Positions 39,792-54,062 of a stretch of 64,000 nucleotides of DNA are shown piece by piece. Within the stretch, counting starts at the first letter, position 1. Every line of letters begins with the position of its first letter. Below the pieces are notes generated by a model. It did no database searches, had not been told where the DNA came from, and saw only the letters and a program-made list of their open reading frames with translations. Made by a program: the position numbers and the translations under genes. Origin of the DNA: the human T2T-CHM13v2.0 reference genome, Homo sapiens; NCBI RefSeq assembly GCF_009914755.1, contig NC_060931.1, one strand, 5' to 3'.

Positions 39792-41987
39792 GGGAGCATC
39801 AAGGATAAATAATCTATGGGAGAGCAGCTGCCAAATTGCAAATGTGTGGGAAATACTGTGTTCTAGAGGCACACATGAAGATTGGCACATGGGACATATT
39901 GACTCAGAATCTCTTCATCTTTTACAAGAAATGCCCATATATTCTCAAGATGCAGGATGCTTAGTATTTTCTTAGAAGAGGAGAACCATATTTCATGAAA
40001 ACTTTTAAAAGGTAATAATATATGCCAGCATTTAAAAGTAACTGCAAATGAATATGTTCTTTGGACATCTCTATTTTCTATTGTCTTGCTATTCAATTAA
40101 GAAAAAAAATTCAGAACTGAGGTAGTGATAATTTATTTTGACTATTTTTGAGCCTCACATTATTTAAATCACTAATGTATTTAATTCTACTTCACTCTTA
40201 TCTACATATCTACCTGAAGGAGCAGATAACCAAAAATAAGTTGTCCACACCAGGAAATTATTTCATTTAGTTATAAATATTAACGTGAAGGGATAGAGTG
40301 AAATATATGGGGAAGAACTAAAGACTATTGTGCTTGTGTACAACAACTTCAACATTACTAATCCAAACTTATTTCAATTACTCTAAAGTAATTTGCTAAA
40401 ATGATTAATTATCAACACTATTTGATCCTGGTTTTAATCATCTGCATAAACTCAAATACAATTTCTAACCCCAATTTTCTTTTTCTACATTGATATTTTG
40501 TTTAATTAGAGTTCTCTGGAGCTCTGCCATAATCTATAAGAGATAAATTATGGAACACCTAAGACATAATAAGTTTTCAATATCCTTTAATAAGAACAAA
40601 TATGTAAATGCTTAAAAATAGTCTAAGTGATTTAAAATGTGGAACTTAATTTGGCTTTATGTTAAAACTTTGAGATGAATTCTCAATTTACCTCAATTCA
40701 TAGAGTCATTTTGTGTATAGATATTTTGGTCCTCAAAAATATGTCCCCCTTGTTCTTTGGCTGACAATTATTAATATCAAAGAGAGATGGCAGAGAGGAC
40801 ACATGGGCTGCGATGTCAGAATTAGTTCCTGCTTGCACCTTAAGTAGCAAGTGATTTTGTTGCTGGTCATCTGATTTCCAACTGATTCTATCATCTGGTT
40901 TTACTCCTGCCTGATGCTTAACTTAAATGTAATATTCAACCTTTATTCTCAGATAAAAAATTTATGATATTAGCTACATGATTTCAGTCAACTTAATTCC
41001 TCCTGGCATTGCATCTCTAAACACCTCAGACCCAAACTGACAAGTCTGTCATTGCCCACACCCCAAAGTTTATACAATTATTGTGTTGGCAGGCATTAAC
41101 TTGGAAAGTTCTAGTTTGGAAAAGCTAACTAGGTAACATTCATAAAGAAAACAAATTTCCCCTCCCCTTCAGGTAAGCCCACATGATACTTTTCAGTATT
41201 TAAGACTGAAGGGGGATAGTGACTACTGACTTTGTGTCTGGCAGGAAGAAATCACCTAGCTATGGAAAACATATACCAGCACAAAAACTGTAATATTCAC
41301 CTGAATTTAAAAAGCATGTAAGAAAGGTAGTGATGATTTCACTTTCACAAATTGTGAATAATCCCAAATTTTAAAGATGTTTGTATCTTAAATGTATGCT
41401 GAGGAGATTTTTTTGAGCAATATAAAGAACTTCTCATTTGGCACAGTGCCATGCAATAAATGTTTGCTATTATTTATTGTTCTTAGCAGGATTGCATGTA
41501 CAATTAGAGTGAAAGAGATATGCCAATATATGTGATATATTTGTTGCTCACATGGCCAGAGTTGGACTTCATTGTCCTAGTAAAAGAACTTCCTCTATAA
41601 CTAACTCATAAAAACTAACAAATGGAAAACGCTGAATACAACCAAGCAATGACATTTCTGGTATGTCACTCCAAGTAGCTTAATTTTAATGGATAAAATG
41701 TGCTCATTCATATACCCATCCATTCATTCATGCCTTAATCCATTAATTCAATATTTTCTTTGAAAACTTACCTTAATTCTAGAAATATTGAACTGAAGAA
41801 AAAATATGATCTCTTATTTTCTTGATTTTTTTATATTTAAACAAGAAACACAATTATTTTCAGTTGAATACCAAAGCAGGAGATTATACCCTTAAACAGG
41901 AAAACAGTCACTAACTATTAAGTCTCAACTCTCAAATCTATCTGAAGAATAAGTAAGAATTGACTAGCAAGGTGGTAGAAGACATGA

Positions 41988-42749
<762 letters not shown>

Positions 42750-43371
42750 ATATGAAAAGCATTTCAGGAAGAAAAATGAATGCATTCAAATATTCTCATT
42801 TGAAAGAGAATGATATAGTTGAGAAATGAAAAAGTGGCAGGTAGACAGAGGACAAAGTGACCACATGAGATGAAACCAGTTACAAAGGCAGGTGTCAGAT
42901 TCTTCATAGTTTGCTAGGCAAAATTGAAATTTGGCAGGTAAATAACTGATGGAAAAAATAAGGGATCAATCTATATTAAAGATTTCTTTAGCTGAAAGTG
43001 CACAAAAAATATTAGTGAATGGCTGAATCATTAAGGTAGCTTCATGACTTGACAAAAATCAGTCTGAACTTTTTAGTCAGATTTGCTAAATGCCACAATC
43101 TTTCTCTTTTCTCTTTTCTCTACTTAAAGGCTCAGCTCCCAAAAGGGGTCCAGCCCTAATGTCTGAGTCAAGTCATCCCTCCTTTTTGATGCTCTCTTAG
43201 GTTTTCTTAGGCACATCTGTTAATGCACTTACTTTACATTGCCTACTTTTATTTCCACACATCACTCTTGCCTCCAATTCGTAATTTCTTTGAGGGCAAG
43301 GATTAGGTCTAATTTATTTCAGCAAGCCTAGAGTTTTTAAATAATTGGCATGCAGTTTTTTGAGCTTAGTT

Positions 43372-43669
43372 TTTTTTTTTTTTTTTTGAGACTAAGCCTT
43401 GCTCTGTCACCCAGGCTGGAGTGTGCAGTGGTGTGATCTCGGCTCACTGCAACCTCAGCCTCTTGGTTCAAGTAATTCTCCTGCCTCAGTCTCCCAAGTA
43501 GCTAGGATTGCAGGCACCTGCCATCGTGCCAGGCTAATTTTTGTATTTTTAGTAGAGACTGAGTTTCAACATGGTGACCAGGCTGGTCACGAACTCCTGA
43601 CCTCATGATCCACCTGCTTCAGCCTCCCAAAGTGTTGGGGATTACAAGCATGAGCCACTGAGCCCGAAC
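43372..43669 (-). mobile_element. AluSg-like element
   Basis: Full antisense Alu with gaactcctgacctcatgatcc. TSD tga(g/a)cttagtt (43361-43371 / 43670-43680). Confidence 0.92.
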
Positions 43670-43769
43670 TGAACTTAGTTCTTAGATTAAAGCATATGAA
43701 ATTAAAAATATCCCCTATAATAAAAATAAGAATAAAATTACCAATGTTTAGGTGACTCAGGATCTCCTA

Positions 43770-44480
43770 TGTAGCCCCGAGATTCTTGCTCTATGATATA
43801 CACATTTTGTATTACTCTTGAGAATTGGTAATTTGTTAGAATAGCCATCCCATGTTTGGATTAGATTCGAATATATTAGATTAGATTGGTTTAGATTAGA
43901 TGGTATTGTTGAAAGGAAAGAAAATTGTCCTGGGAGGATCTGACTTAGTCGTGTGAACCTTAAAAATAGTGCAGATGTTTCTAACAAAAGACATTCGAAG
44001 TAGAAGAATAATTTGGCATGATGGAGATTCTCCACTGCTGGCTTTAAAATGAAAAAGTCATATGGCGAGGAATGTGGGTAGCCTCTCAGAACTAAGGGCA
44101 ACCCCTCATAATAGCCAATGTGGAAATGAGGGTCTTAGTTTAATTATGCTTAGTATTCCATTGTTGGAACGCCAAGCATGTGGGTGTTATTTCTATCCCA
44201 CTACTCAAGGTCATTGCCTATGTCTGATGGCAAAAATTTAAAAAAATTGCAACCTCAGGCATAAATGGAGTAACAAACACAAGAAAATGAATTGGCCAAA
44301 ATCAGTAAACTTGGAAGAACACTGTTAGTTTTAAATGAATATGTAGCTTAGATGACCGCTTGATTTTATTCTTATGAGACTGTGAGGAGAGAATCCGGGG
44401 ACACTATGATCTAATACATGAGTGCCATTGAAGCAGCTAACTTTGTGGTAATTTGTTACACAGCAGCAAATACCAAATAT
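43770..44480 (+). mobile_element. MLT1E-like LTR interrupted by MER85
   Basis: ctgctggcttt...aggaatgtgggtagcctct...ggaaatgagg...tttgtggtaatttgttacacagcagc. Internal (TTAGA)n at ~43860-43900. Confidence 0.75.
44144..44269 (+). mobile_element. MER85 piggyBac MITE (PGBD3-related)
   Basis: TTAA (44140-44143), then ttatgcttagtattccattgttggaacgccaagcatgtggg...ctcaaggtcattgcc...aattgcaacctcaggcataaatgga, then gtaa. The left TIR lacks ~5 nt. Confidence 0.88.
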
Positions 44481-44734
44481 CAATGTGGACTATTAGTGTC
44501 ACCCACTAATGTATAATCATCTAAAGATATAATCATCTTTAGTATAAGTGAGCAATCAAAAATAAGAAAACCATGTAAGTATCAAGGTATGTCTATATAC
44601 CTGGAGCTTGGGTTGTGCTAAGAACTTTATGTGATATAACAAATATACCAACCAAATAAATGATATGACTTTCACAAAATGTCTACCATATTGTAAAATC
44701 ATGCCAAATTGAAGATTCAAGCTTAACAGCAAAT

Positions 44735-44840
44735 ACACACAAACACACACACATGTATATATGTAGATATATACATATACACACACATACACACACATTT
44801 ATATACACACAACGGAAATATACACACACATACATATATG
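44735..44840. repeat. Mixed (CA)/(TA) simple repeat
   Basis: Alternating purine-pyrimidine tract. Confidence 0.9.
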
Positions 44841-47800
44841 TAGGGAAAAGTTCTGTATATTTTATTCTCATATTTTTTTCATGTATGTCTGATATGTCTG
44901 GGAACCCTTGTCAGTTAATGTTTGGAGAAAAATAGCAAGTGATCCCTAAAGTGATGATTCATGGGTTAGAAACCAAACTTGATCCCTAAGGGAACAAAAG
45001 GAATTTTCATGTTTCAGAAATGGATCCTGAATTTATAGGATTTTTAACTGGTAAATGTTTCAGTTAATTAAGAGAAAAGTAGCTGACCAGTTCCTCATCA
45101 CATATTTTCTCTATTGTTTTCTTTATCTCTGTGATTATTAGTCAAATATTCCTGTCAAATTTGAAAAAGAAAGTGATTCTATCTCAACTGGCCCAACTGG
45201 AAGAGTTTGAAAAAGTTTAGAATATAATCATAATCAAAAAGATCTATAAAAGGAGTTCTATTTTGTTTATTGATGTATTTATAAATTTTATAATAGAGTC
45301 TTGCATGTAAGGTGACTGAATATTTATTGAATGATTTAATGAATTAATGCAGAGAAAATGGAACTTTAAAGAGCAGTAAAAGTGCAGATATAGTCTTTTA
45401 CTATATCGTTTTTTTCCCAGGATTGTAAAGTTTGTCTCATTTCATATATCATCCAAGACATCTTTATCCAGTTTCCCAGGGTGCTAACATAGCCATGGAA
45501 CTATATTTTATGTGTATAGGCTTCCATTATCTTGGCTTTTCCCCAGATGTAAATTTCCAAACTAATACCTACCCTGCATTACATATTTTCTAGAAGCTTT
45601 GATACTTTTGGTCAGGAGTAAATATTAGGGATTTTCTGTGAGTATGGCTTCTAGGCTTTCTCTCCCAGATATAGTTTTTGTTTTCAAGAACATAATCTGT
45701 CCTCAGATTATTTGCAAATAAAATAATTTTTTTGCCTTACTTCTTGAAGGTCCAATAATAAAACTATACCTTAATGCAGTATAAAATTTATAGCATTCTT
45801 TTGGTATAATAACATACATATAGAAAAATTAAATCATTGCAGAAGTCAATGGAAGTCAGTGAAAGGTTTTCTGAAAAGAACAAATATATTTTTTTTCCCA
45901 GATAGAAACTCATCTTCTACAAGGAAGTATTAAGTCTCTCCCTGTTGTTCCTCAATTAAACAGAGACCTGAAAATTATTTTCTAATTGGAAAGGATATTA
46001 AAAAACATATATCAACAACTTCCTATTGCTTTACTAATAAGAATAGGGATAATTTCAGAACATACAAAGTATAAATCTCAAGATAAAACTAAATAATGAC
46101 AAGATTCTTTTTAAATATTGAAAGCATTACAAAAACATAAGTGACTGATACTTAATATCTGCTGCATTACACTCTTGAACCCACAGGTTCTGTCAGTAAC
46201 AGCAAACAAGCCAGACTGTGAATTCTTGCTGTGGTAATTTCAACACTAAGCAATCTTGCACATGACTCAAAAATCATTTCCAAAATCCACTACATGCAGA
46301 CACACAGAAAACATGACAAGGAATTCTAAACTTAAACTAACCATGCTGTCAATATCTCTCCCACATGCTGCTCCTATACATATGGATGCAAGTACATGCC
46401 TCAGGAAGTACAACAAGAGCATGAAGTACTTTAATGAAAACAGCAAGATATCATTTCTACCCAATCTTAGCTGAGCTTAAGCTTTGGAAATAACTTCAGT
46501 AATTTTTTATGAGCTTGAACAATGAAACTTAATCCATTAGATGCATACAAATTACACATCTTTTTTTAACAAGAAAGAAAATTTTACTTTAAAACAATTA
46601 ACATTGTATTTAAATTTTAAGAATTGAGAAGCATTGTTAACTAATATTTAAAATAAAACAGCTTTGTTTAGAATATAGAATTTATTCCTACAGAATAACA
46701 TCAAATGACGTTTCTCAAATTTTTTTTATTGTGTTTTAATCTCTCTTAATAATTATAACTTGGTATAATGGATCTTCAACTTGCAGCAGCACAGATTGAA
46801 ATAGCCCTGTGCAGTTGAAACGTAAATAAAATGTGTGCCTTTTCTCCCCACATTTTTCTCCTATAACCACCTGACATTTTGTAAATAATAAAAATATGCT
46901 ATCAAATAAAAAGCACACTTCTTAGCATGGAAGGTAAAGCAAAAGTGTAATGAGAAACTTCACTTGAGCAATCAATACAATGTTTAATTTTTGCTTACTC
47001 TGTTGGGATGCTTTAGTATATTTTCATGAGTCCAAATATCCAGGATTACAGCCTTATAGACAGGATTTTTGCCTTTTTATTTAATATTCATCTCATGTGA
47101 AATATGAAGAGCAATCTGAATAATCAGAGAATTTGCTTCTAAAAGGCAGAAAGGGCTTGAGGAATGAAAATGGTGTCTCAAATCCAGAACCATTTCCCTG
47201 CTATATGTAAGATATAGGTCTCTATTATATTTTATTAAGTGATGCATACATATTATCTAAGATACATTTCTGACATTTAGAGCTGTCTTTACAGTTTGAT
47301 TTGTACTAGTGTTAATAGTATATGCATTCAATAAACATTATTTAGCATCAGTAAAAAAATAAGTAAGTTGATCAAAGTTACTATATGCTGTTCACATGCT
47401 TATGCTTTAATTCTAGCCAAAAAAATCAAAATATATCTGTCATACTTCTAGTATCAGTAAAATGAAGACTTTCTAAATTGTGTCTTTGGGCTGAAGACCA
47501 ACTTGTCTGGTCACTTGAGACTTACCATTAGTGTCATGTCTAGTATATAGGTCTGTAAAACTGGACCATGAAAAGGTAGACTATTACAATGGTTACAGAA
47601 CATGAAACCATTTACATTGTGATATTTTGCAAAAGTTAATTACAATGCCAAAGAAGAAACTTAAATAGAAAAGCTCTAAGTAATCAGAGGGAAAGAATAA
47701 TTAATTTGTAGAGGGAAAAATGAAAAGGATATGAACATAGGAGAAAAAATTTAAAAAACAAGAGCTAGATTTTATACACACATAAATCCACAAATGTGTG

Positions 47801-48207
47801 GTAATTAATTTGGGAGGGGGAAATAAATGACCAGATAATATGTTATGATATAATGCTGGATATTGTGAAATCAACAGTTCCTTTGAATACAAGTAATCCT
47901 TTAAATTGAACGATCAGGTGCATTTTGATAGATCATTAATAGATTGATTTTAAAAATAACATCTTCCAGTGAATACATTGATTTTTGTTTTTCAATTCAT
48001 TTTGTAAGTTGTGTCAGAATAAAGAAAGACTACTAAATGGGTAGCCTTTCTGAGAAACCTCATCCAGAAACCCTGTCTTGCCTTCAAGAGGAAACAACCT
48101 GTATATACTTACCTTTGTTGAAAAATAACATTTACATGAACAAATTTTGGGGAATATATAAATACAATAGAAAGTCAGATGCACAAAAACAGAACCAGAG
48201 TCAGTTC

Positions 48208-48583
48208 TAAATATATATATATGTATAGCTATATATACACATATATATGCACACATATATACATAAGTATATATAGAATTATATATACTTATATAGTATA
48301 TGTTATTATATTTAATTTTATATAATATATACAGATATAATTATGTATAGCATATATAATTATATATTGTTATATATTTATAATGTATATATGATCACAT
48401 ATTTGCGTACATACAATTGTATATTGATATATTGACATATGATTGCATATACATAATTGTGTATAAGATATACAATTATAAATACATAATCATAAGATTG
48501 TATATGCATTATTGTATATGAGAATATACAATTATATATGCTATACATAATCATATCTGTATATATAATTATATACTATATAA
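48208..48583. repeat. Degenerate (TA)n low-complexity tract
   Basis: About 375 bp of almost entirely A/T alternating sequence. Confidence 0.9.
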
Positions 48584-49199
48584 TCCATGGACTATATGGC
48601 CTTGAATTAACCAAAAACAAACACTAGTAAATAAACATAATTTTAGTTCAAATTGCATCATTTTCAGATCTTACTTCTTAGTAAATATGTCCACATGAAT
48701 AACTGTCAAAATAACTCTACTTTTCTATGTGGGACTCTCCTCACCCACGTTTGTGTCTTTTGCTGTGGCTGCTGTGCTGTGAACATCTCAAAGGGCAAGC
48801 TCCTGGTAAATTTGTCATTGATTTGCAATACCTATCACAGTAATTGGCACAGGTAAATATATTCAGATTTATTTTTAAACTACTTTGAAATGGTTTCATG
48901 ACATGTAAAAAGCTGTATATATTTAATGTATACAGGTTGATGAATTTGGGGATAAGTATACACTCGAAACTATTGCCACTATCGAGGCCATAAAGTTTAA
49001 TTGAACTGAATTTCAAGAGATAACAGCTAGTTACAGTTACTGCAATGATAGAGAAGAATAATAAACAGAAAAATGCCTATGCCAAGATTTTTCACTCATT
49101 AATCTTCCAAACTTACTCATGTTTCCCTGTATATGAATTTAATTTATAATAAATAAAATTTTTCTCAATTTAAGGTGAAGATTTAAATAAAATGGTATA

Positions 49200-50075
49200 T
49201 TTTAATATTTATATAGTTTTGAGATAAATTCATGTACATAAAATTCACCGTTTTATTTTAGAGTGTATAACTGAGGGTTTTGTAGTATTTTCAAAATGTT
49301 TTACAATCAATACTACTATATATTTCTAGAACATTTCCATTACTCCCAAAAGTAAGGTTGGATCTCCAGCTTCCCCTTCCCCATCCTTGAGCAACTACTC
49401 ATTTACCATCTGTGTCTACAGATTTGCCTATCCTAGATATTACATATAATCATTCGGTCTGTGACTTCTGAGTCTGGATTCTTTCACTTAGCATGTTTTC
49501 CAAATTCATCCATGTTATAGCATATATCAGTACTCTATTCCATTTTATGTGGTTGAATGCTAGTCTGTTGCATCGATACGTAATATTTTATTTAGCTATT
49601 CATCAAATAATGAACTTTTGAGTTGTTTCCATTGTTTGGCTGTTATGAATTATGCTGCTATGAATATTTATGAGCAAGTTTTTGTATGAATATATGCTGT
49701 CAATTATCTTATATATAATTAGGTATAGAAATGTTGAGTCACAAGGTAACTCTAAGTTCAGTTCTTAGAGAAAAAAACTGTTTTACAAAGTGACGGTGCC
49801 CATTTATATTTCCACCCAGAATGTATGAACATGATTCCAACTGCTCTATATTCTTGCCAACATTGTTTTCCATTTTGTTTGTCATTACAACTGGTCAGGT
49901 GTATTTGAAGTGCTATTTCATTGTGGTTTTGATTTGAAGTCCTCTAATGACTAATGAGGTTGAGCATCTTCCCCTATCCTTATTGGCCATTAGTATAACT
50001 TTTTTTGGGAAATATCTATTCAAATATTTGTTCCTTTTTAAATTCAGTTGCTTATCTTTTTGTTCCTGAGTTAAA
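49200..50075 (-). mobile_element. L1MB-like 3' end
   Basis: ttgagataaattca...ttctagaacatttccattactcccaaaag...ttctttcacttagcatg...ttgtggttttgatttg...gttgagcatctt. Confidence 0.8.
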
Positions 50076-51324
50076 TTTTAATTTTAATTATAAATTTGTG
50101 GTAAATCTCAATATCAATTGATAAAGTAAACATAATGGGATGAAAGATTATAAGAATAAGCTTAAGAGCAGGTATTCTTATATTCATTTTTGTAGTCTAC
50201 CATTGATCATAAGACCTTGTATAAGAAAACAGCTTAGATGATCCATAATAAGTTGATAATGTGTACCTTATTAAAACTCTCCCTCGAGATGGGAGTGTTC
50301 TTTCTCTGATGGTAGTTTCCATGTACCTAGAACCATATTGCATTACTATGTTTACTTCTAGACCAAGAAATCATTACAGAGCACCTCAGACCAATGCAAT
50401 ATGCATATTAGGCTCTTTCTGGCCTTTATGTCTTTTTCATCAGTATTTCATCACTAATTCAATATAGTATACAGTGCTAATTCTTTGAAATAACATTTAT
50501 GTGATTTTCTCTATTAAATATTCAAAGAGAACTTGGATCTTAGCCTCGATTCATGTCTCATACTTGCTTATACAACAATTTCACTCTTTTATTTAATCCC
50601 TCATTTTTTTTATCATATTTTTTTCCCTTTCCACTGAGCATTTAAAGAGCATAAATTCTTTCCACACTTAAAATGGTAGTCCCTTGATGCCATATTCTTC
50701 TCCAACACTGTTTCATTTCTCTGCTCCCCACCACAGGAAAATATCAGTGAACTATCAGCTAGCTATAAGTTTGACATCTATTTTATAGCTCCCTCTTTTT
50801 CTCTTATCATATTATCAGGTTTTTATTCCTATCATTCAAAACGCATTTTTTAAAGTCACTGACAACCTACTCCTTTTCAAATCCTGTAGCTAATTACTTG
50901 ACATTGTATTGTGTGAAACATGACATATAGTTAGCAATTCTCTTATGTCAGAGACTTTCTGTTCCTTATGTTTCTGTGATAACTCATCCTCTTTTTTCCT
51001 AACCTTCCACAATGTTCAGTCGGTCAGTTCTTTCAAGTATTTTCTATATATTCTTCCTTAAACTAATGTTTTATTTCTTCATTATGCTTAATTTTATCTG
51101 AAAATTTTTTATATAAGAATTGATTATTGTGCTTCCAGGTCAACTTTCAGTAGTGATATAGGGAAATATATATAAATGTATGTATGTAAAGTATATACTT
51201 GGTTGGAAGCCTTGTGGAGCTTATCATTCAAGATTCTTTCCCATAATCATCCATGAGAGCATTATACTTAGATAAAATCTCAAAATAACACTCAATCTAA
51301 ATTTCTAAGAGTCAGCTCAGTGAG

Positions 51325-51860
51325 TGTGAGAGGACTGAATCTACCTTACTTGAAAGCTCAAAAGTTAGCCTGCCAATGTTTTATATAACATATAATAAAA
51401 GAAGACTCCATAGCCCTGGGTCAGGATACAGGCTGTTTCTTACAGCAAAAACAGCAGTCAGAGTAGTATCTTAGTGCGGCTTCCCTACATCTCAATCCTC
51501 ACAGGGCAGCTCAAATAAAGGTGGTATGTTGCCTAAGCATATGATTCTGAATTTTAGAAGACTGAGATTTTTATAGGTTGTTTATACATGTTCTCATCCT
51601 TTCTCCAAAAGAAAACATGACTTACTAAGCAAATTTCCTCTAAGCAATTGGTTTACTTTATGGCATGTAAGTGTAAGTCTCCAGGAAAGGGAAAGAGCGA
51701 GTTATTATATTTCCAAATCTTTTCAGAGATTTCTATATTTAGGAAGACACTATCTCCATCTTCTAAGATATATTTGGTATTCAAACATGCCCTCTGTTTA
51801 AAAGACCTCTACTATGCAGAAAACTGAAAATAGCCAAACTAATTTTTTTCCCAACCAATT
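51325..51860 (-). mobile_element. Old ERVL-class LTR (MER76-like)
   Basis: ccttacttgaaagctcaaaagttagcctgcc...cctgggtcagg resembles the MER76-type terminus as recalled. Downstream 51860-54050 may be its internal region. Confidence 0.4.
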
Positions 51861-52093
51861 AATTCCTGGTTTCCACAAGGTTCAAGTCCTTGGTGAAATT
51901 CCCCATGTTATCACTTCATCGGGCTCTCTGATTAATCTAACACCAATTAATGTAAAATCCATTTGGTTTCTGTTTGTAGCACCTTATTAAAGCTACTGTC
52001 AGTAAGACTTTGGGCATAGAAAGGGACCAACCCGCAGTATTGCACCTAAGTATGCTTCTCTGCACCCTGATCTAACTAGCCAAATAAGTCATA

Positions 52094-52413
52094 TAACTAT
52101 TAAAAAGTCCGCTGGCTTTATTTTTTAGTATGTTGACTATTCTACCTATTTTAAGCATTACTGAAGACACAGCAGCATACGTTAGCACTGATTCTGTCTT
52201 GGCTTGCAAGAAGGAATTCTAGGAGAATTCAATCATCTATAGGAACCCTGACTTGTAACTATTAAAAAGTCAGGTGGCTTTATTTTTTAGTATGTTGACT
52301 ATTCTACCTATTTTAAGCGCTATTGAAGATACAGCAGCATATATTAGCACTGATTCTGTCTTGGCTTGCAAGAAGGAATTCTAGGAGAATTCAATCATCT
52401 GTAGGAACCCTGA
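52094..52413. repeat. 2 x ~160-bp tandem duplication (period 162)
   Basis: Copies at 52094-52251 and 52256-52413 differ at 9 positions by my count (~94% identity). Confidence 0.95.
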
Positions 52414-54062
52414 GCAATGAGCTGAAGCTAACAGTAATGTCTCCCAGTGCTGAGATAATGTCATTGATCACTTCAGGTAAAGCTAGGGGCACATCCGTAT
52501 CACCTTTTTAATTGAATCATTAACATGATAGGTAAAATTTCCCACATGATATGCCTAGATAATGAGTTGGTTTTCTCTCCAGGAAGCTCATCTGAGTAAC
52601 TGAAGGAAAACTTATCTTAGAGAGAGCTCTGTAGTCATGGAAGCAATATATAAATTACCAGTGGTGTTCCCTTAAATATTCTCATAGCCAAACCTAAGGT
52701 GCAAGTCACCATGTTTTTGAGAAGGCAGGACAATACCTGGCCTCTAAATAAGAAGTATAATCCAAATGGCACAGATGTTGTCTATGAAACAATTATTGTT
52801 TATACTGTTGGAACCCGTCAGTGGGGCATATAGCAATAAGGGGCAAAAGTTGACAGTGCCTTCAATGTGCAATGTTATGGAGCCTGCTAGCTGGTTGGGG
52901 AGACTTAGGGTTCCCAGGTCAGTCTGAGTAACTGAGTCTAATTCTTGTTTTGGGAGGAAGTGCCTGAGGAAAATCAGTCCATTGGGTCCTGTTTGTTGAC
53001 ATCATCAGTAGGGTGATATTCCTTATTTGAATAGAATCAATACAAGGAAGCATCTAGAAATGTTATGCCTAAGACTTGAAAGAGCTGAGGACACCTACTG
53101 CGGTCTCATTATCAGAACTGACTAATGAGATAGAATACATAGCAGTAGATTAAACTCAGAAGCACCCATGAGACTTTGAGAAAGTTCCATGAAGGCATCT
53201 TCCTGTGAGATGAAGCCTTCAGGGACAGATTTAAAATACAGAAATTACTAATACTATCCATACCCCCACATACTCCCTCCAGGAATCTAATGCAGTCCCT
53301 CCCCAGACACCTTGGGGTTCTCTCTCCAACTGCCTGAAATCTGGATGCTCTATTCCAAGAAGTTCACCTTATATCAGTCATCCCCTAATATCAACAAACA
53401 GTTTTATCTGGGATAGTCAAGGGCAAGAGAGAAAAATCGTTTTTAAAAAACTTAATTAGAATTAAGTTGGAATCTCTAAAGACTCTTCTTTTCCAGGATG
53501 CCATCCAGAGAGTGTGCCCAGCAGAGCGTGTGGATGAAGTTAGAAGAAAGAATGGTGCTCAGGAAGGCCAAGAAAAATCTTCAAATTCTACTGCTGGTTC
53601 ATGTAGCTCCTATAATTTCCCAACCTTTTGTATTTGCCATTATTCTTTAAGAAGCGTAAGTGAGACCATTTTTTTTTCTGAGAACACCTGCACTTAATAA
53701 CCAAACTGCCTTATTAAGTGGGATGTGTAGCCTTGGAGAAGGTGAAAGCAAAAGAGTCAGATAATTGGTTCATTGTTGAGAAACTTTTCCATAAATGCAA
53801 ATAGCCAGGAAACCTAAACACACAGTAATGATTTTTCTCAAAGTAAAAATGCAACAGTGTAAAGCACTAACTGTGGTATGACCAGAGTTAGCTTATCAGA
53901 AACCTGAAAAAGTCAAAATGCAACAGTGGTAAAGCAGCACCACAAATAACTTCAACATAGAAGTGAGTCTGATATAGTAGTTAACCCAGTTGGGTGAGCA
54001 GGGGACCACAATCTATATAATGTGGTCTCCCCTATCAAAGGATAAACAGGTCCCTCAATTTT

